From a virus (Duplodnaviria; Caudoviricetes), in IMG/VR virus record IMGVR_UViG_3300032007_000071, positions 1 through 64,000 of that record: a stretch of DNA of 64,000 nucleotides; one strand, written 5' to 3'. The stretch's first letter is position 1; each line of letters begins with the position of its first letter. Positions 10,657 through 20,049 of this stretch are shown here, piece by piece. Made by a program: the position numbers and the translations under genes. The notes beneath the pieces are model-generated. The model was not told the DNA's origin. It searched no databases and worked only from the letters and a program-made list of their open reading frames with translations.

Positions 10657-11177
10657 TTTGTTTCGTTTGGATAAAGATCTTTATTCACACAGAGGTTCAG
10701 CGGCTCCTCCCGTTGCATCTGGATGAGTACGGCAAACCATCCGTTCTCCAAGGGACCCACCGACTGATACGACACCGTGGCGTCGTCGAGGTCGATGCGT
10801 GCGAAGTCGCCATCCATCTTCCCGTTGGAGATCTCTTCATCGTGCTTCTTCAGGAGCCAGGCGAGGAAGTCACGGGCATGAACCAGTGCCTCCTGCTTGG
10901 CCACGGCCGCCTCCATGCCGTCCGCCATCTTCTCCGCACGCACGAAGAAGTAGATGGGGTAATTGAAGGTCGGACGTGCGATCGGTCCGTCACCCTCTAC
11001 GGCACTCTCCATGACGACACATGGCGACTGTAGGTTGCTGATGCCTTTCGCCATCTCCACCACTCCCCTCCAGGAGTCGGTGAACATAAACCGGATATTC
11101 CCGGTACCGGGGTTGTGGAGCATATACTTATACTGCGCACACCACTGCTCTACAATAGAATAGAATGAGAATGTCAT
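10653..11177 (-). CDS. Hypothetical virion protein (possible tail-completion type)
   Basis: 174-aa alpha/beta ORF in the late operon; function inferred from context. Confidence 0.6.
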   Translation of the reverse strand: MTFSFYSIVEQWCAQYKYMLHNPGTGNIRFMFTDSWRGVVEMAKGISNLQSPCVVMESAVEGDGPIARPTFNYPIYFFVRAEKMADGMEAAVAKQEALVHARDFLAWLLKKHDEEISNGKMDGDFARIDLDDATVSYQSVGPLENGWFAVLIQMQREEPLNLCVNKDLYPNETK

Positions 11178-11204
11178 TGTTGTATTGTGTTTACGTTATT
11201 CATT

Positions 11205-11449
11205 CGGTCGCAAGCTCCCTTGTTGTGGGGTCGCAGAGCTCCCTTGTTGTTGGGCGCTTCGCTTGAAATTTTATTTAGAATTTATATTTATAATTTAATT
11301 TAAAATTTTCCTGCCCACCACTTCCTGCGGATAGGGTAATTCTACGCGAACACGTACCGCGCCAGCCAATTATAAATATAATTCTAAATAACAATTATAA
11401 ATATAATTTCAAGCGAAGCGCCCCCATAATCAGGGAGCGGAGCGACCCG
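11205..11449 (-). repeat. Modular AT-rich inverted-repeat element, copy A
   Basis: ggtcgcaagctccct...gggcgcttcgcttgaaatt[AT tract]cctgcccaccacttcctgcggatagg-core-cgcgccagccaatt[AT tract]aatttcaagcgaagcgccc...agggagcggagcgacc. Confidence 0.9.
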
Positions 11450-11450
11450 G

Positions 11451-12623
11451 CTATATTCCTTTCGGCATCTTCACGCCGTAGTGCTCTCCCGCCTTGACAA
11501 TGCTCTTAGTCACGCGTCCGCCGAGGGCGATGAGCTCCTTGATGTTCAGTCCCCACTGCTTCTTGCGCTCCGGGGTCGCCTCCGGCCGTGGGTCACGCAG
11601 CCACTTCTGGAGATAGGAGATGCGCTTTTTCTTCTCCTCGTCGGTCATCGTCTTTTCGGACTCCGCCTTCTTATGGTGCGACCGCTTCGGCTTTGTTGTT
11701 CCCTTTTTGTCGTCGGTGGGGATTGTTACCTTCGGCTTCGGGTCTGCGACCTTCCCCGTCTCGGGATCGACGAGATGCGCCATGCCGAGGTCGTCGAGGA
11801 CCACATGCCCCGTGGCCACTACCCTCCCCCACTCGTCATCCAGTTCCTTGCGGAGGGCGGCGATGCGGTTGTCGATCTTCACGGCAGCTTTCGCCCACCG
11901 CTCCCGTTCGGTGGCTGTTGATTGAGGATCGTCGAGGAGCAACCGCATGTTAGTGCGTGCCGTGCCGAGGTCGTTCATCAGAGCACCATATTGTGCGGCC
12001 CGCTTCTGGGTGTCCTCGGGAAGGAGATGGATATACTGGTCGATATGCTTCGGCCGGGGCACGATGGTATTGAGGTCGGTCGTCAACAACTTGGTGTTTT
12101 GTGCCACTTTCTTGGTGTCCTGTGACAGATTATTGTCACTCGGTGACGGATTTTCGTCTTTTGCCAGCTTCTCTTTCGGGGGCCGTCCCCTACCCCTCCG
12201 TTTGGGTTCCACTTCTGGAGACGGCTTTTCTGCATCCGACGGCACCGGCTTCTGGGGCGCTACCGACTCTGGGGTGGTCGTGAGCTTCGGTCGGAACGTC
12301 GTGAGCACGTCGATGATATGGAGCACACTCCGCTTCACCGACTTCTTATAGATGGCTTCGGGGAGCCAGGTGTCGGTGGCTCTCGCAAAGGACGTCATCA
12401 GTTTCACGCCCTTCATGAAGGCCTCCTGCTCCTCGGCGCTCCACGCCCCGCTCATCTGCATCACGTCCTGCACCCTCGCCAGTGGTTCCCCGGTCTTGGG
12501 GACGAGGATCGGTGCCTGACGTTTCAGCCACTCCCCTACCCTTTCGGCCAACTTCAGACGCTCGTCTTCGGTCATGTTGTCGTAGCGTTTCAGCCACTCC
12601 CCTACCGTTATTCTTTTGATCAT
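11451..12623 (-). CDS. Hypothetical protein with AT-hook-like motif
   Basis: 390 aa; KRRGRGRPPK in a Pro-rich linker; first gene behind the promoter at 12653-12689. Confidence 0.7.
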   Translation of the reverse strand: MIKRITVGEWLKRYDNMTEDERLKLAERVGEWLKRQAPILVPKTGEPLARVQDVMQMSGAWSAEEQEAFMKGVKLMTSFARATDTWLPEAIYKKSVKRSVLHIIDVLTTFRPKLTTTPESVAPQKPVPSDAEKPSPEVEPKRRGRGRPPKEKLAKDENPSPSDNNLSQDTKKVAQNTKLLTTDLNTIVPRPKHIDQYIHLLPEDTQKRAAQYGALMNDLGTARTNMRLLLDDPQSTATERERWAKAAVKIDNRIAALRKELDDEWGRVVATGHVVLDDLGMAHLVDPETGKVADPKPKVTIPTDDKKGTTKPKRSHHKKAESEKTMTDEEKKKRISYLQKWLRDPRPEATPERKKQWGLNIKELIALGGRVTKSIVKAGEHYGVKMPKGI

Positions 12624-12652
12624 ATATAAATAAGGTATTTGTTTTTTTCAGA

Positions 12653-12689
12653 CAAAGATAATGTAGGGTGGATAAGAAGTCAAGGGCAA
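12653..12689 (-). promoter_or_regulatory. Putative late promoter (GCCCTTGAC extended -33, TAtcTTTG -7)
   Basis: Minus strand TTGCCCTTGACTTC, 20 nt from CTTG to TATCTTTG. Confidence 0.7.
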
Positions 12690-12747
12690 GGGGGAGCGTG
12701 CCTGACGGAGGCGGTCTGTTAATCTTGCTTAAATAATTGATTAATTG

Positions 12748-12779
12748 TTTGCTTGTTTGCTTAGATACTCGTATCTTTG
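12748..12779 (+). promoter_or_regulatory. Bacteroidota primary-sigma promoter for parA, overlapped by TTGCTT boxes
   Basis: TTTG(12748)-20 nt-TAtcTTTG(12772); three ttgctt motifs within 12725-12762. Confidence 0.7.
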
Positions 12780-12847
12780 CCACAGCTACAACAAAAAGAG
12801 CGATGGGTATCGCTCAACGATTATTCATTTTTAAAAGCTACAATAAT

Positions 12848-13711
12848 ATGGTAAAGAAACAGCGTACTCACGAGCTGCGTCATATCGTGGCCGTGTCCAA
12901 CAACAAAGGTGGGGCAGGCAAGACCTCTACCGTGCTCAACCTTGCGTCAGCCATCTCCCGTCGTGTGGAGGGTTATCGGGTGCTCGTCATCGACTGCGAT
13001 CCGCAGCACAACCTCTCCCAACTGCTGAAATGGGAGGACAAGATGGAACTCGACGGCAACCCCACCATTTTTAATGCACTCTGCAACCAACAGGGGCTCC
13101 CCGTTTATAAGGCACAAAACGGACTTTACTTCACCCCGGCCAGTATGAAGCTCAACGGCATCGACGTCTTCCTCTCGCAGCTGCCCAACCCTAACAAAGC
13201 ACTCCAGGAACTCTTGGAACGGCCTATCGACGACCGTACCACAACCCTACTCGGTGACACCATCGGGGAAAAGCAGTCGGTGCTCTCCCCTACCATCGCC
13301 GATAGCTTCGACTTCGTGTTCCTCGACACACAGCCTGCCATGAGCCGCATGACCTACAACGCCCTTTATGCGGCCGACGGGGTTATCATCACGACCGAGC
13401 TCGAGGAGACAAGTATCAGTGGTATGGTCAACGTGGCCGTTGCTGCCGGGAAAGTGATTGCCGATACCGGGAAACTCAATATACAAGGAATCCTGATCAC
13501 CAAGTCGGATGCCCGCTTGCGTATTGCCAAACACTACGAACCGCAGATCCGCCAGTCGTTTTGTGAGACGTTCCGCACCGTCATCCGTCAGAGCAAGGAC
13601 ATATCGGAGAGTCGTGCCCTGCATGAGGACGTGTTTACTTCTTATGCCGGTGGACGTGCCGCCGAGGACTTCATCGCCCTGGCCAACGAGTATCTGGAGA
13701 AGTTTGCTTAA
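12848..13711 (+). CDS. parA: ParA/Soj partition ATPase (type Ib-like, no N-terminal HTH)
   Basis: Deviant Walker A NNKGGAGKT, VIDCDPQ, FLDTQP; ATG at 12848 lies downstream of the promoter. Confidence 0.92.
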   Translation: MVKKQRTHELRHIVAVSNNKGGAGKTSTVLNLASAISRRVEGYRVLVIDCDPQHNLSQLLKWEDKMELDGNPTIFNALCNQQGLPVYKAQNGLYFTPASMKLNGIDVFLSQLPNPNKALQELLERPIDDRTTTLLGDTIGEKQSVLSPTIADSFDFVFLDTQPAMSRMTYNALYAADGVIITTELEETSISGMVNVAVAAGKVIADTGKLNIQGILITKSDARLRIAKHYEPQIRQSFCETFRTVIRQSKDISESRALHEDVFTSYAGGRAAEDFIALANEYLEKFA

Positions 13712-13745
13712 CCACTTGGTTACTGCATTACTTGTTTAAGCATAC

Positions 13746-13913
13746 AAGCAATACATTTATCAAGTAGAAAAGCAATACATTTATCAAGTAGAAAAGCAAT
13801 ACATTTATACAGTAGACAAGCAATACATTTATCAAGTAGAAAAGCAAAACATTTATCAAGTAGAAAAGCAATACATTTATCAAGTAGAAAAGCAATACAT
13901 TTATCAAGTAAGA
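13746..13913 (+). repeat. 24-bp tandem array (about 7 units), putative centromere/parS
   Basis: aagcaatacatttatcaagtagaa repeated directly after parA. Confidence 0.85.
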
Positions 13914-13980
13914 AAGCAAGCAATTGCCCAATTAGTAAAGCAATTAATTGTATAAGCACAACATTAAACAAGCAGACAAT

Positions 13981-14424
13981 ATGGCAAAGAAAGACAAATT
14001 CGCACAGCTCCATGCACAAGGTGGGGGGATGCTTGGTTCGGTGGGATCGTTCCAGAATCTCGCGGCAACCGTGGCAGCTATCGACCAGCAGGAGCAGCAG
14101 GAGGAAAAAGAGAACGCACATACGGAGAAAGCCACTACTCCTTCCCGGGCTAAAGAGGAGAAGCAAACGGAAAGCGCTGTCGAGGAAGAACGCTTCATGC
14201 GACTTCCCAACCCGAAGATTCCATTGACGGAATACAACCTTGTAAGCAACTATTGCAACTCGCTTCCGAACATGACAAGGCAGGACTTCGTGGAGCTGGC
14301 CATTCTCGAAAAACTCTATAAGGACTGCGGACTGCCCAAAGCACAGTTTGATAAACGTTACAAGGAGATACGCAACCGTCCGCCACGCGGACACCGGAAA
14401 GGAACTAAGCAATCAAGCAAATAA
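13981..14424 (+). CDS. Small ParA partner (ParG/ParB type Ib-like centromere-binding adaptor)
   Basis: Follows parA, flanked by repeat arrays; flexible N-terminus plus a C-terminal strand-helix-helix-like segment. Confidence 0.6.
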   Translation: MAKKDKFAQLHAQGGGMLGSVGSFQNLAATVAAIDQQEQQEEKENAHTEKATTPSRAKEEKQTESAVEEERFMRLPNPKIPLTEYNLVSNYCNSLPNMTRQDFVELAILEKLYKDCGLPKAQFDKRYKEIRNRPPRGHRKGTKQSSK

Positions 14425-14426
14425 TG

Positions 14427-14625
14427 TATTGCTTGATAAATCTAACAAGGCAATGCTTGGATAAATCTAACAAGGAAATGCTTGGATAAGCTAACAAGGC
14501 ATTGCTTTAACAAGCTAACAAGACATTGCTTGAATAATCTAACAAGGTAATGCTTGAACAAGCTAACAATACATTGCTTGAACAATACATTGCTTTGTTA
14601 AGCTAACAAGGCATTGCTTGAATAA
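14427..14625 (-). repeat. Second 24-bp degenerate tandem array (about 8 units), putative centromere
   Basis: (c/a)attgcttg(g/a)ataa(a/g)ctaacaagg units; shares the AAGCAAT core with the first array, on the opposite strand. Confidence 0.8.
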
Positions 14626-14647
14626 TTGGATAAGTAATCAATGAACC

Positions 14648-15097
14648 ATGGAGAACAAAGAGAAACCATCTGCAACAAGCAGAGAAGGGAAGGATGAGAT
14701 CACGGAGATGGTCAAAAATTTCGAGCAAGTGTTGGAAGGGCAGGACACCACAACGTTGGCACTCGAACACGAACTCGTGCGTACAATAGGGGAAAGGATA
14801 CAAGAGAGGCTCGCACGGATCAAGCAACAGACCTCCGAGGAGACGAGCAACGATCAAGAGTCTGTTGACGGGACAGCCGAGAAAGCGGTAGGGGCGTTGT
14901 GCTACCTGCCGAAATCCATTCATCGACTGGCCACACGCTATGCCGACGACCATGATGTCACCGCCAAGCGGTTCTTCTTCGAGACGATGCTGATCGGACT
15001 GGAACAGCAGGGGATCATCACCCACGAGCAGCACCTTCAGGCCCTCACGCTCCCCAACGAGTATGGCTGGAAGGGACGTGGCAGTAAGAAACCGTAA
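14648..15097 (+). CDS. Hypothetical protein (possible ribbon-helix-helix DNA binder)
   Basis: 149-aa ORF after the par arrays. Confidence 0.6.
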   Translation: MENKEKPSATSREGKDEITEMVKNFEQVLEGQDTTTLALEHELVRTIGERIQERLARIKQQTSEETSNDQESVDGTAEKAVGALCYLPKSIHRLATRYADDHDVTAKRFFFETMLIGLEQQGIITHEQHLQALTLPNEYGWKGRGSKKP

Positions 15098-15160
15098 GGC
15101 AATAACTCATCAACTTATCAACCAACTCAATAACTCAACAACTCATAAACTCAAAAAAAC

Positions 15161-15595
15161 ATGAAACACACAAAATTATTCTCAATCCTCATGCTCTTCT
15201 TCCTGGGCATGATGGCCATCAGCTTCTCAGCATGCAGCAGCAGCGACGATGACGTGGATCCGACACAGCGGTACAGGAGCCAAATCCTTGGCGAGTGGTA
15301 TTGCGACAACATTGAATATCGGTTCGAGCCGGATGGCACCGGATGGCGTAACTGCGGGGACATCATTGCCGACTTCAAGTACACCATCTATGGACAGGGC
15401 GTAAGTATGCGTCTGTTCACCTATGTCAACACTGCCACGGGAAGCATCTGGAAAGATGATGAGGGCGATGACGCTGTCTATAATCCCGAGCAGAACACCA
15501 TGCGCATCGAAGGACGTATTTTTACGCGTCAGAAGCCGACACCCAAACCGACCACGTCCACAGAGGAACCGGCCGACACCGTGGTGACGGAGTGA
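15161..15595 (+). CDS. Bacteroidota-type lipoprotein
   Basis: Signal peptide and lipobox FSAC followed by SSSDDD export-like signal. Confidence 0.75.
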   Translation: MKHTKLFSILMLFFLGMMAISFSACSSSDDDVDPTQRYRSQILGEWYCDNIEYRFEPDGTGWRNCGDIIADFKYTIYGQGVSMRLFTYVNTATGSIWKDDEGDDAVYNPEQNTMRIEGRIFTRQKPTPKPTTSTEEPADTVVTE

Positions 15596-15617
15596 TTGTG
15601 TAAATTGTAATAGGGTA

Positions 15618-15648
15618 GGGGGCACCGATCATCGGCGCCCCCTTTTTT
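15618..15648 (+). terminator. Intrinsic terminator
   Basis: gggggcaccgatcatcggcgcccccttttttt. Confidence 0.8.
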
Positions 15649-15652
15649 TGTT

Positions 15653-16165
15653 GGTCGCTCCGCTTGAAATTATACTTAAAATTTGGCCTTAAAATTTTAC
15701 TTAAAATTTGGCTGGCGCGACGAGGGTCGGTCGCAAGCTCCCTTGGTGGGGCGCTCCGCTTGAAATTCTATTTATAATTTATATTTAAAATTCTATTTAT
15801 AATGGCTGGCGCGATGATTGTTGGTCGCAAGCTCCCTTGTTGATGGGCGCTCCGCTTGAAATTTGCTTTATAATTTATATTTATAATTTTATTTAGAATT
15901 GGCTGGCGCGATGATTGATCGCCTACGGATCCGGGGTTGCCTTCATCGTAGCACCTGTACAAGACGCATGAAAGGGTGGGCAGGAAAATTTTAAATCAAA
16001 TTCTAAATAAAAATTATAAATACAATTTCAAGCGAAGCGCCCCGAAGCAGCGCGAAGCGCAAAACAATCGGTGGCTGGAAAATTTTAAGTCAAATTTTAA
16101 GTAAGAATTTTAAGTAAAATTTCAAGCACGAAGTGCGCCCCTAACAAGGGAGCTTGCGACCCGAC
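15653..16165 (+). repeat. Modular AT-rich inverted-repeat element, copy B (3 left arms, core, 2 right arms)
   Basis: Three ..gcttgaaatt[AT]ggctggcgcga units, core ending gcatgaaagggtgggcagg, two inverted units. Confidence 0.9.
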
Positions 16166-16173
16166 CATCCGAC

Positions 16174-16790
16174 ACTTCCGTTTTTGTCGGGATCTCCCTG
16201 GGAAAAGAGAGACTTCCGTTTTTGTCGGGAAATCAAGACCTATATATTTGTCCCCCAAGGCTATAAATCTGTCTTCAACGGGAAGTTATAAGAATGTCCC
16301 CAGGTTCACATTCTCGTTATCAGTCTGATAATAGCATAGTTACGTATTTGTCGTGGAAGTTGTGTTTTTCCGACCGCTTTGATTATCAATGAGTTATAGT
16401 TTTCCGACAAAAACGGAACTAAAAAAATCTCTTTATTTATTTTATTTATTACTATATATATTATATATTTATAGGTACGCGTAACTTGCTGATAATCAAA
16501 GGTTAGCCGTGTAGTTTACCGACAAAACCGTAGCTTTTTACCGACAAAAGCGGAAGTATTTACCGACAAAAGCGGAGCTTTTCTCCGACAAAAGCGGAAG
16601 TATTTGCCGACAAAAACGGAGGTCTATTCCGACAAAAACGGAGGTGGGGACAGATTCAGAGTTTTCTGTCCTTGCAGTACGACGCATTTCTCCGACAAGA
16701 AAGTAACTTGATTAAAAAGTTTCAAGTGTTAATATTTTGCAAGTTGCTGAAAATAAACAAGAAAACACTTGTCAGTTTACCGACAAATTA
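16174..16790. promoter_or_regulatory. Plasmid-type replication origin: iterons plus AT-rich element
   Basis: ccgacaaaa(a/g)cggaag iterons: two inverted (16174, 16212), one at 16402, six at about 22-bp period (16518-16645), one inside the rep promoter (16779); AT-rich stretch 16420-16475. Confidence 0.85.
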
Positions 16791-16791
16791 G

Positions 16792-16799
16792 TAACTTTG
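16792..16799 (+). promoter_or_regulatory. -7 element of the rep promoter
   Basis: TAacTTTG about 65 nt upstream of the rep ATG, with an iteron immediately upstream. Confidence 0.65.
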
Positions 16800-16862
16800 C
16801 CGTGCAATAACACCAATGAAGCTACAACACGTTGGTGTTCACCACATTAAAAAGCTACTATT

Positions 16863-17858
16863 ATGGCAAGAAAAACTCGCAAGGCCGAGCAGCTCAAACA
16901 AGAGATTGTCAACAGTGTGCCTGTAGAACAGCGTGAGATGATTACGCAGCCAATCACATTCACCTATCTCAATGGGGAAATGACGATGTTACAGACGCGC
17001 ATACAGACGATGATCATGGAGAAGCTGCAAGAGCGTATCGCCAATGCTCTTCAGAAGAGAGCGAAGGGTGGATTCACCGGGGAGCTGTTCACGGATGACG
17101 ACTTCGCGCCGCTACCAAACGGACACACGAAGTACCTCACGTTTGAGGTGAAATACTCCGAGTTGGGCGTGGAGCCTTCACACTATGAGGACATCGACAA
17201 AGCAGCACTCGCTATGCAGTCGATTATCCACTCAAAAGAGTTGACCGACGAACATGGAAAGAAATACGTCGAGTACACGGTGGTTTTTGACAAGGTAACG
17301 ATCCCCGTCAAGACAAAGGGTAGGGTAGAGCGACGTGACAGCATCAAGCTGCGGATGTTGCCGGAAACGGCACATGACCTGTTCAACATCATTCCCTACC
17401 ACCGCTATCTCAAAGATGCTGTATTCCTCTTTAGCAGTGGTTATTCGGGGCGTATATATCTTCTCATCAATGCCAACAAACGACTCGGCACTTGGAAAAT
17501 CTCCTATGAGAAACTTCGCAAGATTTTGCTCGCAAGTTATGACAATGACACAAAGCAGCTGTCAGTAGAGAAATACCCGGAGGTCTATGATTTCAAGCGT
17601 CGTGTGCTCGACGTGGCCAAAAAGGAGATTGATAAAGCCGCCGACCGCGTGGACTGCACCTTTGACTATGAGCTGGAATACCCTCATGGCAAGCACCGTG
17701 GAACACCTGAATACGTCGTGTTCCATATCCACATGACCGACTTGGGAAATCGCATCCTCCAGAAGAAGCTCGACTGCAAGCCGGCAGAGGCCATAGAGAT
17801 AAAGGAGGAAAACGAACCAAAGAATACGAACCCTATAAATGATATGAGCAAATGGTAA
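16863..17858 (+). CDS. Plasmid replication initiator (Rep_3/RepB-like winged-helix)
   Basis: QPITFTYL..MTMLQTRI; FSSGYSGRIYLLI; KYPEVYDFKRRVLDVAKKEI pattern of Rep_3 proteins; directly downstream of iterons. Confidence 0.85.
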   Translation: MARKTRKAEQLKQEIVNSVPVEQREMITQPITFTYLNGEMTMLQTRIQTMIMEKLQERIANALQKRAKGGFTGELFTDDDFAPLPNGHTKYLTFEVKYSELGVEPSHYEDIDKAALAMQSIIHSKELTDEHGKKYVEYTVVFDKVTIPVKTKGRVERRDSIKLRMLPETAHDLFNIIPYHRYLKDAVFLFSSGYSGRIYLLINANKRLGTWKISYEKLRKILLASYDNDTKQLSVEKYPEVYDFKRRVLDVAKKEIDKAADRVDCTFDYELEYPHGKHRGTPEYVVFHIHMTDLGNRILQKKLDCKPAEAIEIKEENEPKNTNPINDMSKW

Positions 17859-18751
17859 AAAAGCAAACCCCCAATTACCCCCAGCTCTGGCAGCAGTGCC
17901 TGGCAACCATCAGAAGCCAATACCCCAAGGGGGAGAAATACGACCACTGGTTCAGTGTGTGGTTCGGTGACGTGGCACTCGATGCCTACGATCCCGACAA
18001 ACGGCAGCTGCGGTTACGGGTGCCGTCACGCTACGTCTATGAGTTCCTTGAAAGCTATATGCTCAAACCGCTCAGAGCGGCCCTACAAGCCACGTTCGGG
18101 GAGCAGGTGGCACTGACGTACCGCATCATGCCGCAAGCCCCGTCATTTGCGGATATGGCCGCTTATCTGCAACATCAGTCGGGTGGGGGAGCACGACGCG
18201 ACAACCGCATCCATCTCGACAATGCTAAGGAACGGCTCGAGGACGGTCTGCGCTATTTCCTGAAAGATAAGCCGATGGAGTGGGTGAGCGGCTACGAGGA
18301 CGTGGTGAAGTTCCTCACCGACAACGACCGCCGGGGACTGCTCATCGTGGGGACACCGGGACTTGGCAAGTCGCTCATCGCCTGTCGCATCCTCCCCGTA
18401 CTACTCGCCAACGGCGTGAAGACGCCGCCCGTGGTGAGGGCCACCGACCTGCGGAAGCGGTTAGAGGAACTCAAACGCGAGCGGGTGGTCATCATCGACG
18501 ACCTCGGCAAGGAGCCCCGCAAACACTATGGCGACACCGATCAGTCTTTCTTCGAGCTCTGCGACAATGCCGAGCGCACGGGGGCGATCCTGATCATCAC
18601 CACGAATCTCGCTACCACGCCCACCGACGACCCCCGCTACTCCGATGACATCGAGACACGCTACGGAGAAGCCGTGCTCAGTCGGCTGAAGGCCATCACG
18701 CACGTCGCTGTCTTTGAGGGCAACGGACTGAGGGAGGAGGAGAAGAAGTAG
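17852..18751 (+). CDS. DnaA N-terminal domain fused to a DnaC/IstB-like AAA+ ATPase (putative helicase loader)
   Basis: N-terminus LWQQCLATI...WF..V...LRVPSRYVYEFLE like DnaA domain I; Walker A GTPGLGKS, Walker B IIDDLGKE, IITTN, SRL finger. Confidence 0.75.
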   Translation: MVKKQTPNYPQLWQQCLATIRSQYPKGEKYDHWFSVWFGDVALDAYDPDKRQLRLRVPSRYVYEFLESYMLKPLRAALQATFGEQVALTYRIMPQAPSFADMAAYLQHQSGGGARRDNRIHLDNAKERLEDGLRYFLKDKPMEWVSGYEDVVKFLTDNDRRGLLIVGTPGLGKSLIACRILPVLLANGVKTPPVVRATDLRKRLEELKRERVVIIDDLGKEPRKHYGDTDQSFFELCDNAERTGAILIITTNLATTPTDDPRYSDDIETRYGEAVLSRLKAITHVAVFEGNGLREEEKK

Positions 18752-18756
18752 AAGAC

Positions 18757-19347
18757 CTATTCGCTTCGTTCCCGGCAACGTTTCTGACGACGCTGCCATT
18801 CCCGCCGCATCGCTTCTACATACACGTCGTCGGTGCGGTATTCTTTGCAGAACGCCTCGATCATCTCCACCTGGGCATAACGCTCCCCCTTGTGCGCTTG
18901 CTGGTACTCCTTGCTGAAGACCCCTACGGCCTGCCAGAACGCCTCCCGGATGAGCCGTAGGAGCGATGCTGCCTGCTGCTGGCCAAAGCTCGTGTCACTG
19001 TCCCACGGATGTACCGTGCCGTCCTCGTACATGGCATACGGGGGACAGGCCACGGGGAGGTACTGGACAAACAGCTCCCGCGTGACGCCGAATACCTTCT
19101 CCACGCTCTGCGCGTCCATCTCCAGCCCTACCTCCAGGGCAGCGTGCCAGGTATCGCAGATCACGTTACCGGGCACGACATCAGGGTGGAGCTCATCGTC
19201 GGCAGGCATCTCCATCACCGCTTGAACTCCATCTATATTCTGCACTTCTATCACCGGGTTATCTTTCACCCGTTTCGGCCCGCCCAGTGTCCTGCGTGCC
19301 CATCCTCGCATATAATCTGTTATTTTAAGCCAGCAAATCGGTTCCAT
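18757..19347 (-). CDS. Hypothetical protein
   Basis: 196-aa ORF, convergent with the rep operon. Confidence 0.65.
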   Translation of the reverse strand: MEPICWLKITDYMRGWARRTLGGPKRVKDNPVIEVQNIDGVQAVMEMPADDELHPDVVPGNVICDTWHAALEVGLEMDAQSVEKVFGVTRELFVQYLPVACPPYAMYEDGTVHPWDSDTSFGQQQAASLLRLIREAFWQAVGVFSKEYQQAHKGERYAQVEMIEAFCKEYRTDDVYVEAMRREWQRRQKRCRERSE

Positions 19348-20049
19348 TCTTAGTCACTCTTTGGTCAGTCTGGAAAGGCTATAAGCGTATAACTTACTCA
19401 TTTCCAACTACAAAGGTACAAAATATTCCGTCAACATCCAAGTGCTCAGCCATCTTTAATCGTTTGAATCGTCACTCAAAATCCACTCAAACGAAAAGGC
19501 TACTGATTATCAACGAGTTACAACGAGCGTCGAGAAAAATGGCTATTTCTGTGAGTGGCTCTTGAATTTATGGCCCAGAGTTCTCAAAGACTTAACTACT
19601 TAGTTATCAGCCAAATAGAAATCCGTTGCGCACGAAGGGAGAGAAATACCCCTATTTTTGGTGAAACTCCTCTCTTCTATTTTTTAATCACACACATGCG
19701 GCAAATTCCCCGCACCCCAATCAAAATAAATAATAGGTTATAAAAATAAGAAAAGAAGTTGATTATCAGATAGTTATATATTATATAATATATTACGTCG
19801 TAAAATTTTAAATTAAAATTAGAATATATAAGTAATACTTATACTAAATAACCGCGCAGATTTTTTGTAAATCGTTGAAAACCAACGAGTTACAAGCGGC
19901 AAAACGGAATCCGTCAATTCAAGACAAACCGCAAAGCGATGATGTAACACGCTGATAAACAAACTATTGCACGTTTGAACGGCAACTTAAAACGAGGATG
20001 GGTGCAATTAAAACGGCTGCATTGTTGGCAGTCTCCCGGTTTCTTCGTA

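Noticed and set aside
12737-12847. N-terminal extension of ParA from the ORF-track start
   Set aside because: Overlaps the promoter; ATG 12848 with an A-rich leader is the plausible start (similar trimming applied to several other ORFs)
13720-14412. ORFs 13720-14412(-) and 13728-13931(-) with repeated CIAFLLDK / LLFYLINV
   Set aside because: Translation artefacts of the 24-bp DNA array, antisense to the real par partner gene
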